Shown here: positions 44,788 through 53,606 of the stretch, in pieces
Layout of the letters: the number at the start of each line of letters is the position of its first letter
How positions within the stretch are numbered: the first letter of the stretch is position 1
IMG/VR virus record: IMGVR_UViG_3300045988_125846
Location: 1 to 64,000 of that record
DNA from: a virus
DNA length: 64,000 bases
Reading direction: 5' to 3' (one strand)
Notes under the pieces: model-generated
What the model saw: the letters and a program-made list of their open reading frames with translations, nothing else
Database searches by the model: none
Told to the model about the DNA's origin: nothing
Made by a program: the position numbers and the translations under genes

Positions 44788-45078
44788 TTATTCTCCCATC
44801 TGATCTACAATACTCTGTAACTTGTCAACAAAGACTTGTGCTGATTCTTTACCACCATATATATGTCTAATATCTGACGGAATAATAGTAAGTTTAGCTT
44901 CTCCAAAAATCTTATTATCTTCATATACTCTCAAAAAATCACACATAGTTCCCAAGTCAACATAATCAAAATTAGGCTGAAAACAAATCACATCACCCTT
45001 CTGTGGATGCAGTTTTCTAACCTTAATAAGTGTCTGTTTAAATGATTTCTTTCTCTGTCTCTTATTCATATTTCTCAC
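44788..45078 (-). CDS. hypothetical protein
   Basis: Track ORF, 96 aa. Confidence 0.5.
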   Translation of the reverse strand: MRNMNKRQRKKSFKQTLIKVRKLHPQKGDVICFQPNFDYVDLGTMCDFLRVYEDNKIFGEAKLTIIPSDIRHIYGGKESAQVFVDKLQSIVDQMGE

Positions 45079-45378
45079 CTACCTAAAATATTGATACATG
45101 CATTCGTTTCTATATTTTTGTATTAAACTCTGTTCGATCATCTTTTTATCAAACTCATCCAATGAATTATACATATCCATAATATGTTTGCTTGGATTAT
45201 TAAGACAGTCAGTATACTCTTTGTCGTTTTCTACTTGCAATTTTATATAATCAAATGCATCACATTGATCACCAAATCCGACATTAAGCTCATTACCATT
45301 TTCATCTTTTATAAATATTACTTCACCAGATGCATGAGTTTCTGGATTAGGACTTCTGGTTAATTTGTATCTTTTCAT
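45079..45378 (-). CDS. hypothetical protein
   Basis: Track ORF, 99 aa. Abuts the upstream gene. Confidence 0.5.
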   Translation of the reverse strand: MKRYKLTRSPNPETHASGEVIFIKDENGNELNVGFGDQCDAFDYIKLQVENDKEYTDCLNNPSKHIMDMYNSLDEFDKKMIEQSLIQKYRNECMYQYFR

Positions 45379-45382
45379 ACTG

Positions 45383-45634
45383 TTATTCTCCTTCGAATAT
45401 TACTCTTATTGGCTTTATAGTTTCGTCATTTGTTGGTATAAGAATCACTTTGTCAGCTCCAACCTGATCTTTAAATATTTTTGGAGCTTCAACAAATGTA
45501 ACTCTTTTTGATCTATCACTATCCAGCCACTCTTTAAACTTTTCAAGATTTTCTTTTTCAGAAATTGCAGCACATGGACTTACTTTATCTATTAACTCTA
45601 AAAATCTTTGTCTTTCATCTTGTGATAACTCCAT
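45383..45634 (-). CDS. hypothetical protein
   Basis: Track ORF, 83 aa. SD AGGAGAA upstream. Confidence 0.5.
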   Translation of the reverse strand: MELSQDERQRFLELIDKVSPCAAISEKENLEKFKEWLDSDRSKRVTFVEAPKIFKDQVGADKVILIPTNDETIKPIRVIFEGE

Positions 45635-45659
45635 ACTGTTATTCTCCTATTCGCTCACT

Positions 45660-46130
45660 CTAAAACACCTTCGCATCACCAACTGCCAAATCTTTTACTT
45701 CTACAAAAGAATTAAAAAGATAATCAAATTCACCATTTTTAAATTTATTTTCTAATATTTCAGAAGTAATATCATCTAACAATCCAAAGAATTTTACAGA
45801 AGGATGAAATACTGGATATATCTTTGAGCGATATTTATTAACATCGCCTCTTAACGCATGTAATCCATGTCTTCTACGCTTATTATTATTCCAATGAATA
45901 GGATTAGCATAGAAAGCATTTTTGTTTCTTTCATACTCCTCTTTTTCTTCCTTCGCCAATCTGTCAAGTTCTTTTTCTCGTTCAGTTCTTGGATGAGGTT
46001 TCATAATTTCTTTAACATTTTCTCGAATTTTATCATTCGCTTTTGCTTTTTCTGAATCGCTCATCTTATCAAAGTTCTGAGCTACATCTGATAGTGTGTT
46101 TTTCAATTTATCACCTACTTTCACAACCAC
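45660..46130 (-). CDS. hypothetical protein
   Basis: Track ORF, 156 aa. Start uncertain because the annotated GTG lies inside an IR element. Confidence 0.5.
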   Translation of the reverse strand: MVVKVGDKLKNTLSDVAQNFDKMSDSEKAKANDKIRENVKEIMKPHPRTEREKELDRLAKEEKEEYERNKNAFYANPIHWNNNKRRRHGLHALRGDVNKYRSKIYPVFHPSVKFFGLLDDITSEILENKFKNGEFDYLFNSFVEVKDLAVGDAKVF

Positions 46131-46152
46131 AAGAAACGTGGTTTTACTTGGC
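46127..46152 (-). repeat. intergenic IR element
   Basis: Plus strand: ccacaagaaacgtggttttacttggc. Confidence 0.5.
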
Positions 46153-46177
46153 TTTTCAACCTCTGAAAACCTTGATT

Positions 46178-46495
46178 TTAGGACATTTCAGATTGTGTTC
46201 TAAACCGATAACAGAGATTGCTTACAAATCCTTCTATCTCGTTATGAATATTTGCTGTATCATCTTCCATATACTCAACGTACAAATAAGACAATGTATC
46301 TTCTTTATCCAGTAAGAACTCTTCAAAGTCATCTGATATAATATTCTCTGAAAAATAATTAATAATCTCTTCTTTGATACAATACTCATATGAGTATCGT
46401 TTTAATAATTTCTCGCTTGATAAGTCGGAGTTGGTGACTAAATCACCAATCCAACTATTCATCTCTTCATTTAATCTTTGCGTTAGTTTATCCAT
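46178..46495 (-). CDS. hypothetical protein
   Basis: Track ORF, 105 aa. Confidence 0.5.
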   Translation of the reverse strand: MDKLTQRLNEEMNSWIGDLVTNSDLSSEKLLKRYSYEYCIKEEIINYFSENIISDDFEEFLLDKEDTLSYLYVEYMEDDTANIHNEIEGFVSNLCYRFRTQSEMS

Positions 46496-47103
46496 TTTAA
46501 TTTACTTTCACCTGTATAACCCTTTTCAAACTCGTACCATGCATAAGCGACTGCACTACCACCACCTGCTCTCATCTCATCAAAAAGAGCATTTTTTGCA
46601 CATAAAATACGACTACTTGAAACATAAACACATTTTGGTGGATACTTCTTAAATAATTCTTTACGAGCTTTTCCTTCAAGGAACTGAACTTTAAGAAACA
46701 TAAATACTCTGCAACCATTAGGAATTAATGTCATTGCATGTTCGATAAATTCTTTTGCATATTTGTATGGGGGATTTGTTAAGATATCGCCATTCCAAGG
46801 CTGATTATATGTAAGAAAATCAATTCCACCTTCGCCATAACCTCTATCAATTAGATCGGTGGAACGAACTTCATAGCCGAAGCTCTTTAATCTTTCAGAT
46901 AAATGTCCCTCGCCACAGGAACATTCCCAGATAGGTTTGTCAAATGTAACACCACCATCTTTTAATAAGACATCAATTGCAATAGGATCTGTCGCATAAT
47001 AATCCTCATTCTGTCTCTCCTTGTCAGTGTGATTACTTGCACCTAAAGTCTTAAAAATACTATTTTTATTACCTGTCCAATCTTTTTCTGTATTATTTTT
47101 CAA
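46483..47103 (-). CDS. DNA amino-methyltransferase (NPPY, likely N6-adenine)
   Basis: Motif I WECSCGEGHLS, motif IV ILTNPPYKY. TTG start. Confidence 0.75.
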   Translation of the reverse strand: MKNNTEKDWTGNKNSIFKTLGASNHTDKERQNEDYYATDPIAIDVLLKDGGVTFDKPIWECSCGEGHLSERLKSFGYEVRSTDLIDRGYGEGGIDFLTYNQPWNGDILTNPPYKYAKEFIEHAMTLIPNGCRVFMFLKVQFLEGKARKELFKKYPPKCVYVSSSRILCAKNALFDEMRAGGGSAVAYAWYEFEKGYTGESKLKWIN

Positions 47104-47193
47104 ATTTGTTCACCAATAGTAGCTGCGCAGCTTTACTCACATGTGAACGTTTTTCCTTTCCTTGTTTTGTAATTATATTGTTATATTCTCTTG
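47104..47193 (-). promoter_or_regulatory. methyltransferase leader (copy A, NPPY MTase)
   Basis: AGAGAATATAAC...GGAAAGGAAAAACGTTCACATGTGAGTAAAGCTGCGCAGCTACTATTGGTGAACAAATTTG. Contains the 12-nt GC-rich palindrome AGCTGCGCAGCT. Confidence 0.45.
47184..47193 (-). promoter_or_regulatory. gene-boundary motif CAAGAGAATA
   Basis: Plus strand tattctcttg. Confidence 0.35.
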
Positions 47194-47226
47194 TTTGTCC
47201 TGAATATTGTATAGTTTTCGTGACAA

Positions 47227-47248
47227 GCCAAGAAACCAAAATTTCATT
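47227..47248 (-). repeat. intergenic IR element
   Basis: Plus strand: gccaagaaaccaaaatttcatt. Confidence 0.45.
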
Positions 47249-47254
47249 ATAGCT

Positions 47255-47731
47255 TTATTTTTTCAAAAACGGATTTTCCACAATATAATGGTCAATCATA
47301 CCTCTAAACGCAAATGGAGAATCTACAACTCTATCTGAATACTTAAAATGTTTCAGAAAATCCAATACATCTCGTGTGTCTTTATGCGACAATGGAATAA
47401 ATTTCACATATTCTGGATGACCTTTAATACATACAACCGCCCACGAATGCTCATTAGAAAGAAATCCTACATCTGTTCCAACATCCATCATAGAATTCAT
47501 AAGCTGATGACAATCATCAACCATCTTAAACGACCAGCTATATTCATCCTTTGCGGCATTTAGATACCCTCTTGCCCTATTATATAAGTCTTCTGCATCT
47601 TTATAATTCTGTTCTGCCGATTCAAATTTTAATAACTCTTCTGAAAATAACCACTGTCTTAATTTATCTCGTATTTTATCTTTAATTTTCACTGCCTCAT
47701 CTCCTACAACCAAAAGAAATATCGCTTTCAA
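47255..47731 (-). CDS. hypothetical protein
   Basis: Track ORF, 158 aa. Start uncertain. Confidence 0.5.
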   Translation of the reverse strand: MKAIFLLVVGDEAVKIKDKIRDKLRQWLFSEELLKFESAEQNYKDAEDLYNRARGYLNAAKDEYSWSFKMVDDCHQLMNSMMDVGTDVGFLSNEHSWAVVCIKGHPEYVKFIPLSHKDTRDVLDFLKHFKYSDRVVDSPFAFRGMIDHYIVENPFLKK

Positions 47732-47829
47732 TTCTCATCTTCATCATCTGGCAATTCTCCATTTTCATCCCAATCAGGAACTACATCGTTCCAACAAATA
47801 TCATCCCAGTACATATCTGTGTTATCCAT
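47728..47829 (-). CDS. small acidic protein (33 aa)
   Basis: Hand-found ORF MDNTDMYWDDICWNDVVPDWDENGELPDDEDEN with SD GAGAGG upstream. Confidence 0.35.
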   Translation of the reverse strand: MDNTDMYWDDICWNDVVPDWDENGELPDDEDEN

Positions 47830-47849
47830 AATCGTTACCTCTCAGTTAC

Positions 47850-48356
47850 TTATTCTCCACTCAAAATCTCTTTAGGACAATAAATAATATTCTTACCAGC
47901 TTTCTGAGCTTTACGAATTGTTGACCATACACCACCTGATTTATCACCATCCCAAATTGCAAGTAAAATATCACAATGGTCAACCATATACTGATCTCTT
48001 ACATTATCACAGCCTTTATAAAATTCATCTGATAATTCAATCCATTCATCTGCTTCGTTTCTGAGCTTGCTATAATATTTATTTGATGAGTTATAATCCC
48101 TACAAGGTAAAATGCAATGCAATTTTAAATCTCTATTCTTTTCAAATTCTTCAGAAATACTCCTATAACTCTCTTTGATAACACAAGTATTTAGACCAAT
48201 TAAAATATCTGAGCCATTAGCCATTCCACAATAAACATCAGAAGCATCTAAAATCTGATTCATAATCCAATGTCCAATCTTGCTCCACTTAATATCTAAT
48301 TCATCTTCTGGCAATCCTAATCTCTGAGGTCTATGACCTGTTAATGCTATTTTCAT
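47850..48356 (-). CDS. YpsA/DUF1273-like SLOG-domain protein
   Basis: MKIALTGHRPQRLG, GMANGSDIL, ILPCRDY, DILLAIWDGDKSGG align by eye with the B. subtilis YpsA pattern. Confidence 0.6.
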   Translation of the reverse strand: MKIALTGHRPQRLGLPEDELDIKWSKIGHWIMNQILDASDVYCGMANGSDILIGLNTCVIKESYRSISEEFEKNRDLKLHCILPCRDYNSSNKYYSKLRNEADEWIELSDEFYKGCDNVRDQYMVDHCDILLAIWDGDKSGGVWSTIRKAQKAGKNIIYCPKEILSGE

Positions 48357-48639
48357 CGGTTTCTCCTTTCACTCTCTGATTCCATTTGTCGATTGCGGTA
48401 TACATACAAACAAGTTCTTCAGTAGGATCACAAGCGACACTAGGATTGTAACGAATAGACTTTGAAGTTGTCTTCATGTGCCCAGAAGTTCCACCTCTCG
48501 CATGGCAACAATTACACCTAACAGAATAAGTGATTCTTCCATTTCTTGTTTGTTTATCAATTTTTAACTTAGTAGCACCGCAAAATGGACATGGTCTTAA
48601 AATTTTATCTACCACATTTTCCATATAATTATTCTCCAT
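48331..48639 (-). CDS. Lar-like restriction alleviation protein
   Basis: RPCPFCGATKLKI...YSVRCNCCHARG...AIDKWNQR, the Lar-family Zn-ribbon pattern. Confidence 0.6.
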   Translation of the reverse strand: MENNYMENVVDKILRPCPFCGATKLKIDKQTRNGRITYSVRCNCCHARGGTSGHMKTTSKSIRYNPSVACDPTEELVCMYTAIDKWNQRVKGETDENSINRS

Positions 48640-48961
48640 TATTTCGACTTGCTTTCCACAAACATGTTAAAATATTATCTCGATCCTTATTCAATGAAAA
48701 ATCTAAATCATAATCTTCAAATGTAATGGTCACTTTCTTTTTTGTAATTATCTCACCTGTAATTGTTCTTTCATGCCATACATCTATATCCAACATTGGA
48801 TGTTTTATTTTTGAAAAATCAATGTCAACATTAACGTTTTTATATTCACAAGAAGAATTTTTACATGCGACACTACCAACAGCTTCAATATGTAAACTAT
48901 TCATATTTTCAAGCACAATATCACTTAATGAAATTTCTTTATTCATATTTCTCCTTTCCAA
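48629..48961 (-). CDS. hypothetical protein
   Basis: Track ORF, 110 aa. Confidence 0.5.
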   Translation of the reverse strand: MERRNMNKEISLSDIVLENMNSLHIEAVGSVACKNSSCEYKNVNVDIDFSKIKHPMLDIDVWHERTITGEIITKKKVTITFEDYDLDFSLNKDRDNILTCLWKASRNNGE

Positions 48962-49277
48962 TGAAAGACAGGATTCTTGTCAATTTTTTATTATTCTCAT
49001 ATGCTGTCATTTCTATAAACTTATCATCCAAATCAAATACGATAGATGCTTGACAATAAGTACCACCAATAATCAATTCTTTTATATTAGGATTCCATGT
49101 TTTTTCTTCGTACTTAACATGCCATTGATCTAACCAGTTCTTCCATTGAATGTAATCAGATACACATTTTTGGTTGCAAAGAACTTGCATTACATCAGAC
49201 TTTCTTACAAAACCCATTTCAGATTGTAGCTCGGATAATTCTTTTCGTAATACTGTTTTATCAATTAACTGTCCCAT
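48939..49277 (-). CDS. hypothetical protein
   Basis: Track ORF, 112 aa. Confidence 0.5.
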   Translation of the reverse strand: MGQLIDKTVLRKELSELQSEMGFVRKSDVMQVLCNQKCVSDYIQWKNWLDQWHVKYEEKTWNPNIKELIIGGTYCQASIVFDLDDKFIEMTAYENNKKLTRILSFIGKEKYE

Positions 49278-49281
49278 ATGA

Positions 49282-49644
49282 TTATTCTCCTTTTACTTTC
49301 GGATTTTTAATAACCGCAATGCTCAATTTGTCTGTATACATATTTCTACCAACTCTTGTCTCATATCCAAGTTCGTTTAATTTCTTATCAATTTCATATA
49401 ACTCATCTTCATCTGCACAATAAAGTTTGCAGCCTGCACAAATTTCTGTAACTCGAACATAATTATTATCTTTCTGAATCGGCGCAGTCATATATAGATG
49501 ATTGTCACGTAATCTATAGCATTCTTCAGCAGATACATACTGTTTTAATGCGTTTCCAATTTCAACACTATTGAGATTACATTTGTCAACTGGATCTATA
49601 ATTAAATTACATTCAGCTCTATATCCTCGTTTATAATCTGACAT
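49282..49644 (-). CDS. hypothetical protein
   Basis: Track ORF, 120 aa. Confidence 0.5.
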   Translation of the reverse strand: MSDYKRGYRAECNLIIDPVDKCNLNSVEIGNALKQYVSAEECYRLRDNHLYMTAPIQKDNNYVRVTEICAGCKLYCADEDELYEIDKKLNELGYETRVGRNMYTDKLSIAVIKNPKVKGE

Positions 49645-49656
49645 ACTGTTATTCTC

Positions 49657-49869
49657 CTAATCAATTTCTTCAAATGCAACACTATTGAATTCCACATCTG
49701 GAAACTCTTCTATATATACAATCGTGTGCCAAGAATGAACTATAATATCTTCCAATGTATATTCTTTACCAACTTCTAATAAGTGATGATTTTCACCGCC
49801 TCCACCCCATACGTCATCATCGTTTCTAACACATTTAATTTTTCTTCGTTTTGTATTATAAATATCCAT
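49657..49869 (-). CDS. hypothetical protein
   Basis: Track ORF, 70 aa. Confidence 0.45.
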   Translation of the reverse strand: MDIYNTKRRKIKCVRNDDDVWGGGGENHHLLEVGKEYTLEDIIVHSWHTIVYIEEFPDVEFNSVAFEEID

Positions 49870-50112
49870 TTAATTTCCACTCCTCTTCCAAACGCCCATA
49901 TATTCCTGTGACTCCTGTTTGAATCTTTTTAACATATCAATTAATGCATCTACTTCTGTCAAATCATCAAAAACAATCTCAACTGGATCTTTTTCTTTTA
50001 AATCCAATCTTTCTGCGTAAGGAAATGGTTTGATAAAACATTCAAATTTAATATCTCTGCCCTTATGTTTGAGTGTGATTTCATTAACATTTTCTTTGTC
50101 ACCAATCTTCAA
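49870..50112 (-). CDS. hypothetical protein
   Basis: Track ORF, 80 aa. Abuts the upstream gene. Confidence 0.45.
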   Translation of the reverse strand: MKIGDKENVNEITLKHKGRDIKFECFIKPFPYAERLDLKEKDPVEIVFDDLTEVDALIDMLKRFKQESQEYMGVWKRSGN

Positions 50113-50148
50113 TAGTTTGCCTCCTTGTGAAATGCGAGTTTCAATACT

Positions 50149-50334
50149 TCACTTTCTATTCCTCTCAAGACGCTCAATTTTATCCTTTTCACTGTCTGCT
50201 CTGTTAAATGGAATAACTCTACCATCTTCAATGCAAGTCAACATCACAACATTTGCCTTGTTGTCTATTGTATCAAATTGTTGTTTATGCACTCTTACAG
50301 TTCTAATAGAACTAAAATCTACATTAAAACTCAT
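50149..50334 (-). CDS. hypothetical protein (paralogue of 39446-39634)
   Basis: MSFNVDFSSIRTVRVHKQQFDTIDNKANVVMLTCIEDGRVIPFNRADSEKDKI... Confidence 0.5.
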   Translation of the reverse strand: MSFNVDFSSIRTVRVHKQQFDTIDNKANVVMLTCIEDGRVIPFNRADSEKDKIERLERNRK

Positions 50335-50337
50335 AAT

Positions 50338-50736
50338 TTACACCCACTCTTCCAACTTATATTCTTTTTCATTCAGCGACTTAATAGCGGCTTCTTTTGA
50401 AAAGAATACGGTCTTTCCAATACTGTTCTTCGTGAAAGTTCCACAATAACAATGTCTACCTCTCACAGAAAACGTATACCTTGCTCTAATCTGTTTCTTA
50501 TGTACATGACATTCTTTAATTGAATATATATCGTGGTAATCTCTGCTAATAACCCATACTGTCTGTCCAATTTCTACATCTGGAATAGTATTCTTCTTAT
50601 ACTCATCAAATACTTCTCTTAAAGACATTTCGTGTTTATTCCAAACTCCATCATCAATATCAAATCCGTTATCTGATAAAAACTGCAATAATTCGTCAAT
50701 GTCTACCAATTGCTTATTGATTAATTTATCAGCCAT
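50338..50736 (-). CDS. hypothetical protein
   Basis: Track ORF, 132 aa. Confidence 0.5.
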   Translation of the reverse strand: MADKLINKQLVDIDELLQFLSDNGFDIDDGVWNKHEMSLREVFDEYKKNTIPDVEIGQTVWVISRDYHDIYSIKECHVHKKQIRARYTFSVRGRHCYCGTFTKNSIGKTVFFSKEAAIKSLNEKEYKLEEWV

Positions 50737-51474
50737 TTATTCGCCTCCTCTTATCTCAAACAACTTCTCTACAGTTTTCTCACCTGTAACTCTATCTGAC
50801 TTCTGCAATACCTTTCGTTCTTTCTGCCAAATACACTTAAAATCATCAGGCATATTATATTCACTTACTAACACTATATTATTCTCTGAAAGTTTACGAA
50901 GAAAATCGTAGAATTCGTCATAGTCGATTGACTGTTTAGAATACTGTTTTGTATTACGATATGGTGGATCGAAATAAAAGAGACAATTCTTATAATCTGC
51001 AAAGTCCTTATAATCACAACATCTAAATTCAATGTCATTTAAATCAGGAATTTGTGTTCTAAAATTCTTCAATCTTTCATTGTAAATACTTCTACCGCCC
51101 TTAGAATCTCTGCCATATCCACCATCAAAATACCTACCGCCATAAGATGCACAATATCCAATAAGTGCTATATACTCTTTTGAATATTTATGTGTTCCAA
51201 GTTTTCTATCTTCTCTTACATCGGAATAATGTTCAAATGTGCATACATCTGGTGCAATAGATAAATCATTATCAGACTGAGCATATTTCAATAAAGCAAT
51301 TAGTTCTTCATTAATGTCAGCTCCTATCTTCTTATCACATTTAATCTTATCAATTAAATTCGCTCCACCCACCATAGGTTCTATGTAAGTTTTAATATTA
51401 TTGTCATCAATATACTTCTGAATAATTGGCACTAAAAATTTTGCCAATCTATTTTTACTTCCTTGATATACCAT
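50737..51474 (-). CDS. dam: Dam-like DNA N6-adenine methyltransferase (D12 class)
   Basis: YQGSKNRLAKFLVPII, EPMVGGANL, FYFDPPYRNT. Confidence 0.85.
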   Translation of the reverse strand: MVYQGSKNRLAKFLVPIIQKYIDDNNIKTYIEPMVGGANLIDKIKCDKKIGADINEELIALLKYAQSDNDLSIAPDVCTFEHYSDVREDRKLGTHKYSKEYIALIGYCASYGGRYFDGGYGRDSKGGRSIYNERLKNFRTQIPDLNDIEFRCCDYKDFADYKNCLFYFDPPYRNTKQYSKQSIDYDEFYDFLRKLSENNIVLVSEYNMPDDFKCIWQKERKVLQKSDRVTGEKTVEKLFEIRGGE

Positions 51475-51541
51475 TTTAATCTACTCAGAGCGAAATTTCT
51501 TTAAGGCTGCCACTCACTCCTTTCGTATTAATATTCTCTTA
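51475..51541 (-). promoter_or_regulatory. methyltransferase leader (copy B, Dam-like MTase)
   Basis: AAGAGAATATTAATACGAAAGGAGTGAGTGGCAGCCTTAAAGAAATTTCGCTCTGAGTAGATTAAAATG. Confidence 0.5.
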
Positions 51542-51552
51542 ACTCAAATCTT

Positions 51553-51575
51553 TCAAAGAAAGATTTCTTTCAATG
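51553..51575 (-). repeat. intergenic IR element
   Basis: Plus strand: tcaaagaaagatttctttcaatg. Confidence 0.5.
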
Positions 51576-51577
51576 TA

Positions 51578-51775
51578 TTATTTGAACTCTATCTTGTTCC
51601 TTTTTAATACTTTAACTGCCTTATCATAATCAGTTTCAGCTACTTTGATATTTTTCATCTTAGTTGGTTTTGGCTTAATCCAATGACGGCATCCAGTAAT
51701 GTTTTCGTCATACCACATCAAACCGCTTTCACAATATTTATGCCATTGGCAGTCATTATTACCACATTTACTCAT
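51578..51775 (-). CDS. Cys-rich hypothetical protein
   Basis: Track ORF, 65 aa. CGNNDCQWHKYC...GCRHW. Confidence 0.45.
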   Translation of the reverse strand: MSKCGNNDCQWHKYCESGLMWYDENITGCRHWIKPKPTKMKNIKVAETDYDKAVKVLKRNKIEFK

Positions 51776-52057
51776 TTATGTATTCTTCCAATCTAATGCC
51801 TGACCACATTGATCACAATATTTAATGTCGGTATCTTTATATCCATCATCACACAATAGTTCACCACAAGCAGGACAATACCATTCAAACGGAATTCTCT
51901 CTCCGCTATTTTTCACTTTCTTTGGAATTTGTTTTTCTATTGCTGATATTGCAAATCTAATTGCTTCTAAAACGTTGTAATCAGGGTATGGCTTCCATGA
52001 TTTTTTCAAATATTCAAAATGTATTAAAAGAAACTTTTTAGCTTTATATGATGTCAT
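51776..52057 (-). CDS. Zn-ribbon hypothetical protein
   Basis: Track ORF, 93 aa. YCPACGELLC...YCDQCGQ. Confidence 0.5.
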   Translation of the reverse strand: MTSYKAKKFLLIHFEYLKKSWKPYPDYNVLEAIRFAISAIEKQIPKKVKNSGERIPFEWYCPACGELLCDDGYKDTDIKYCDQCGQALDWKNT

Positions 52058-52914
52058 CCTATTTCTCCTTTATATTCAGCTACTCTCTTACTTCCAACCT
52101 CAAAAATATTCTTATCTTTCTCAAAACATATGTAATTTCTACCTGTATTCAAAGCTGCGGCTGCCGTTGTACAACTTCCTGCACATGAATCAAGAACTAA
52201 ATCTCCTGGGTTGGTGTAGGTCTTAATGAAATACTCACACGCTTCAACAGGCTTTTGACATTGATGTAAGCTACTTTTCTGAGTATCCCACTTAAATTGC
52301 AAAACATCTCTTGGGTATCTTTGTGTGCTACCACCACCTGAAATACCAGTTTTTGTAGCACCATAACAATTACCATCTGTTGTATGTTTCGTATAAGAAT
52401 GTACAGGTGTATGCCCTTCTGTCATTTGGGGATTGTAAGTAGGGAGTTTCTTATAGAAAATCAAGACATTTTCGTGTGCCTTCATCGGCATTTTCTTTGC
52501 GTTTAGATGACCCGTTGCTTTGGTCTTTTCGATAATCCATTCATAGCGATATAGTTTTTCATTACTACAAGCGAGTCTCTTATCAAATGGTGATTGCGCC
52601 CATAATGCTATACAACCATTATCTTTGATAATTCGATTGTAATGAGTCCATAAACCATCTTTTTTGTTCTCATAAAACCAATCTCTTGTATATTCAAGAC
52701 TACTATTTGTTACTTGAGCTAACTTAAATAAATCTGTTTCATAAAAATATTGACCTGATAACTCCACATAATCATTTAACGGCATTTCACATTCCCAAGA
52801 ATTATTAGTCGTATTATAAGGTGGATCTGTGAAGATGAAATCAATTGACTTATCATCAATCTTTTTCATACCTTCAAGGCAATCTTCATTGTATATTTTG
52901 TTAATCTCTAACAT
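52054..52914 (-). CDS. DNA methyltransferase (N4/N6, beta class)
   Basis: Motif IV FIFTDPPYNTT followed by C-terminal motif I VLDSCAGSCTTAAAAL. Confidence 0.85.
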   Translation of the reverse strand: MLEINKIYNEDCLEGMKKIDDKSIDFIFTDPPYNTTNNSWECEMPLNDYVELSGQYFYETDLFKLAQVTNSSLEYTRDWFYENKKDGLWTHYNRIIKDNGCIALWAQSPFDKRLACSNEKLYRYEWIIEKTKATGHLNAKKMPMKAHENVLIFYKKLPTYNPQMTEGHTPVHSYTKHTTDGNCYGATKTGISGGGSTQRYPRDVLQFKWDTQKSSLHQCQKPVEACEYFIKTYTNPGDLVLDSCAGSCTTAAAALNTGRNYICFEKDKNIFEVGSKRVAEYKGEIG

Positions 52915-52986
52915 TTCTTACTCAGAGCAAATCCAGATTTAATGCTGCAGCAAATCTCATGCTCCTTTCAATGTATTATTCTCTTA
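52915..52986 (-). promoter_or_regulatory. methyltransferase leader (copy C, beta-class MTase)
   Basis: AAGAGAATAATACATTGAAAGGAGCATGAGATTTGCTGCAGCATTAAATCTGGATTTGCTCTGAGTAAGAAATG. Homologous to copy B along most of its length. Confidence 0.5.
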
Positions 52987-53184
52987 TTTGTGATAGATTA
53001 CATCAATATGTTCCATGCACCATTTCCAACATGGAATTACTTTAATACCACCAGCTTCATTCCAATCTTTCTTTAACTGCATTTGTGTATCTTTATCTAA
53101 ACAAGAAACTAAATACAAAGAACACTCCATTGGTGCTGTTTTTCTGTATTCTTCACTAAAATCTTCTAAATTTAAATTCGCCAT
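52984..53184 (-). CDS. hypothetical protein
   Basis: Track ORF, 66 aa. SD AGGAGGTAAAA upstream. Confidence 0.45.
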   Translation of the reverse strand: MANLNLEDFSEEYRKTAPMECSLYLVSCLDKDTQMQLKKDWNEAGGIKVIPCWKWCMEHIDVIYHK

Positions 53185-53198
53185 TTTTACCTCCTAAC

Positions 53199-53223
53199 TC
53201 CAAAGAAACTTCGGTTTACTGCG
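53199..53223 (-). repeat. intergenic IR element
   Basis: Plus strand: tccaaagaaacttcggtttactgcg. Confidence 0.5.
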
Positions 53224-53246
53224 TTTTTTGTAATATCATTTATTTA

Positions 53247-53606
53247 CTATGGTAAGTCAACAATATTGTATCTAACAGTACCATCGTCATATTTCTTGGT
53301 TTCTAATATTCCATCAGCATATTCTCCAATTTTGTCTGAATATTTGTTATATGTATTACTACCAGAAATATTATATTCTACACCGTTATATTCAACAGTA
53401 ATTCTATAAACTGCTGGATGCGATTGTGGTAACATCGTTTTAGTCGCAGGACTATAATACATTGTTGTATAAGCAGCCATGTGATATTCATCTATTATTT
53501 TTACTTGAACTGTAGATGTTTCGGTACTAATGCATTTTGCACAGCCAGTTAATATAAATATAAATGCTAATAGTAAAGCCAAACTATATAAAATTTTCTT
53601 CTTCAT
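53247..53606 (-). CDS. lipoprotein
   Basis: Signal peptide plus lipobox MKKKILYSLALLLAFIFILTGC. Confidence 0.65.
   Translation of the reverse strand: MKKKILYSLALLLAFIFILTGCAKCISTETSTVQVKIIDEYHMAAYTTMYYSPATKTMLPQSHPAVYRITVEYNGVEYNISGSNTYNKYSDKIGEYADGILETKKYDDGTVRYNIVDLP

Noticed and set aside
31261-45650. GGAGAATA-type sequences (for example at 31270, 44475, 45640 and 13100) as further copies of the AGAGAATA boundary motif.
   Set aside because: In these cases the GGAG is simply the SD, located 6-11 nt from an ATG. I counted them separately to avoid inflating the motif tally.
46483-52914. Restriction-modification systems (a cognate endonuclease next to the methyltransferases).
   Set aside because: No neighbouring ORF shows nuclease motifs (PD-(D/E)xK, HNH, GIY-YIG). 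The three MTases look like orphan, self-protective enzymes.
52915-52986. Leader peptides (uORFs MRFAAALNLDLL and VSGSLKEISL) translationally coupled to the MTase genes.
   Set aside because: The candidate start codons sit only 0-1 nt after the SD-like GGAG, which is too close for normal initiation. I kept this as one possible mechanism in the leader finding and did not call it as a CDS.
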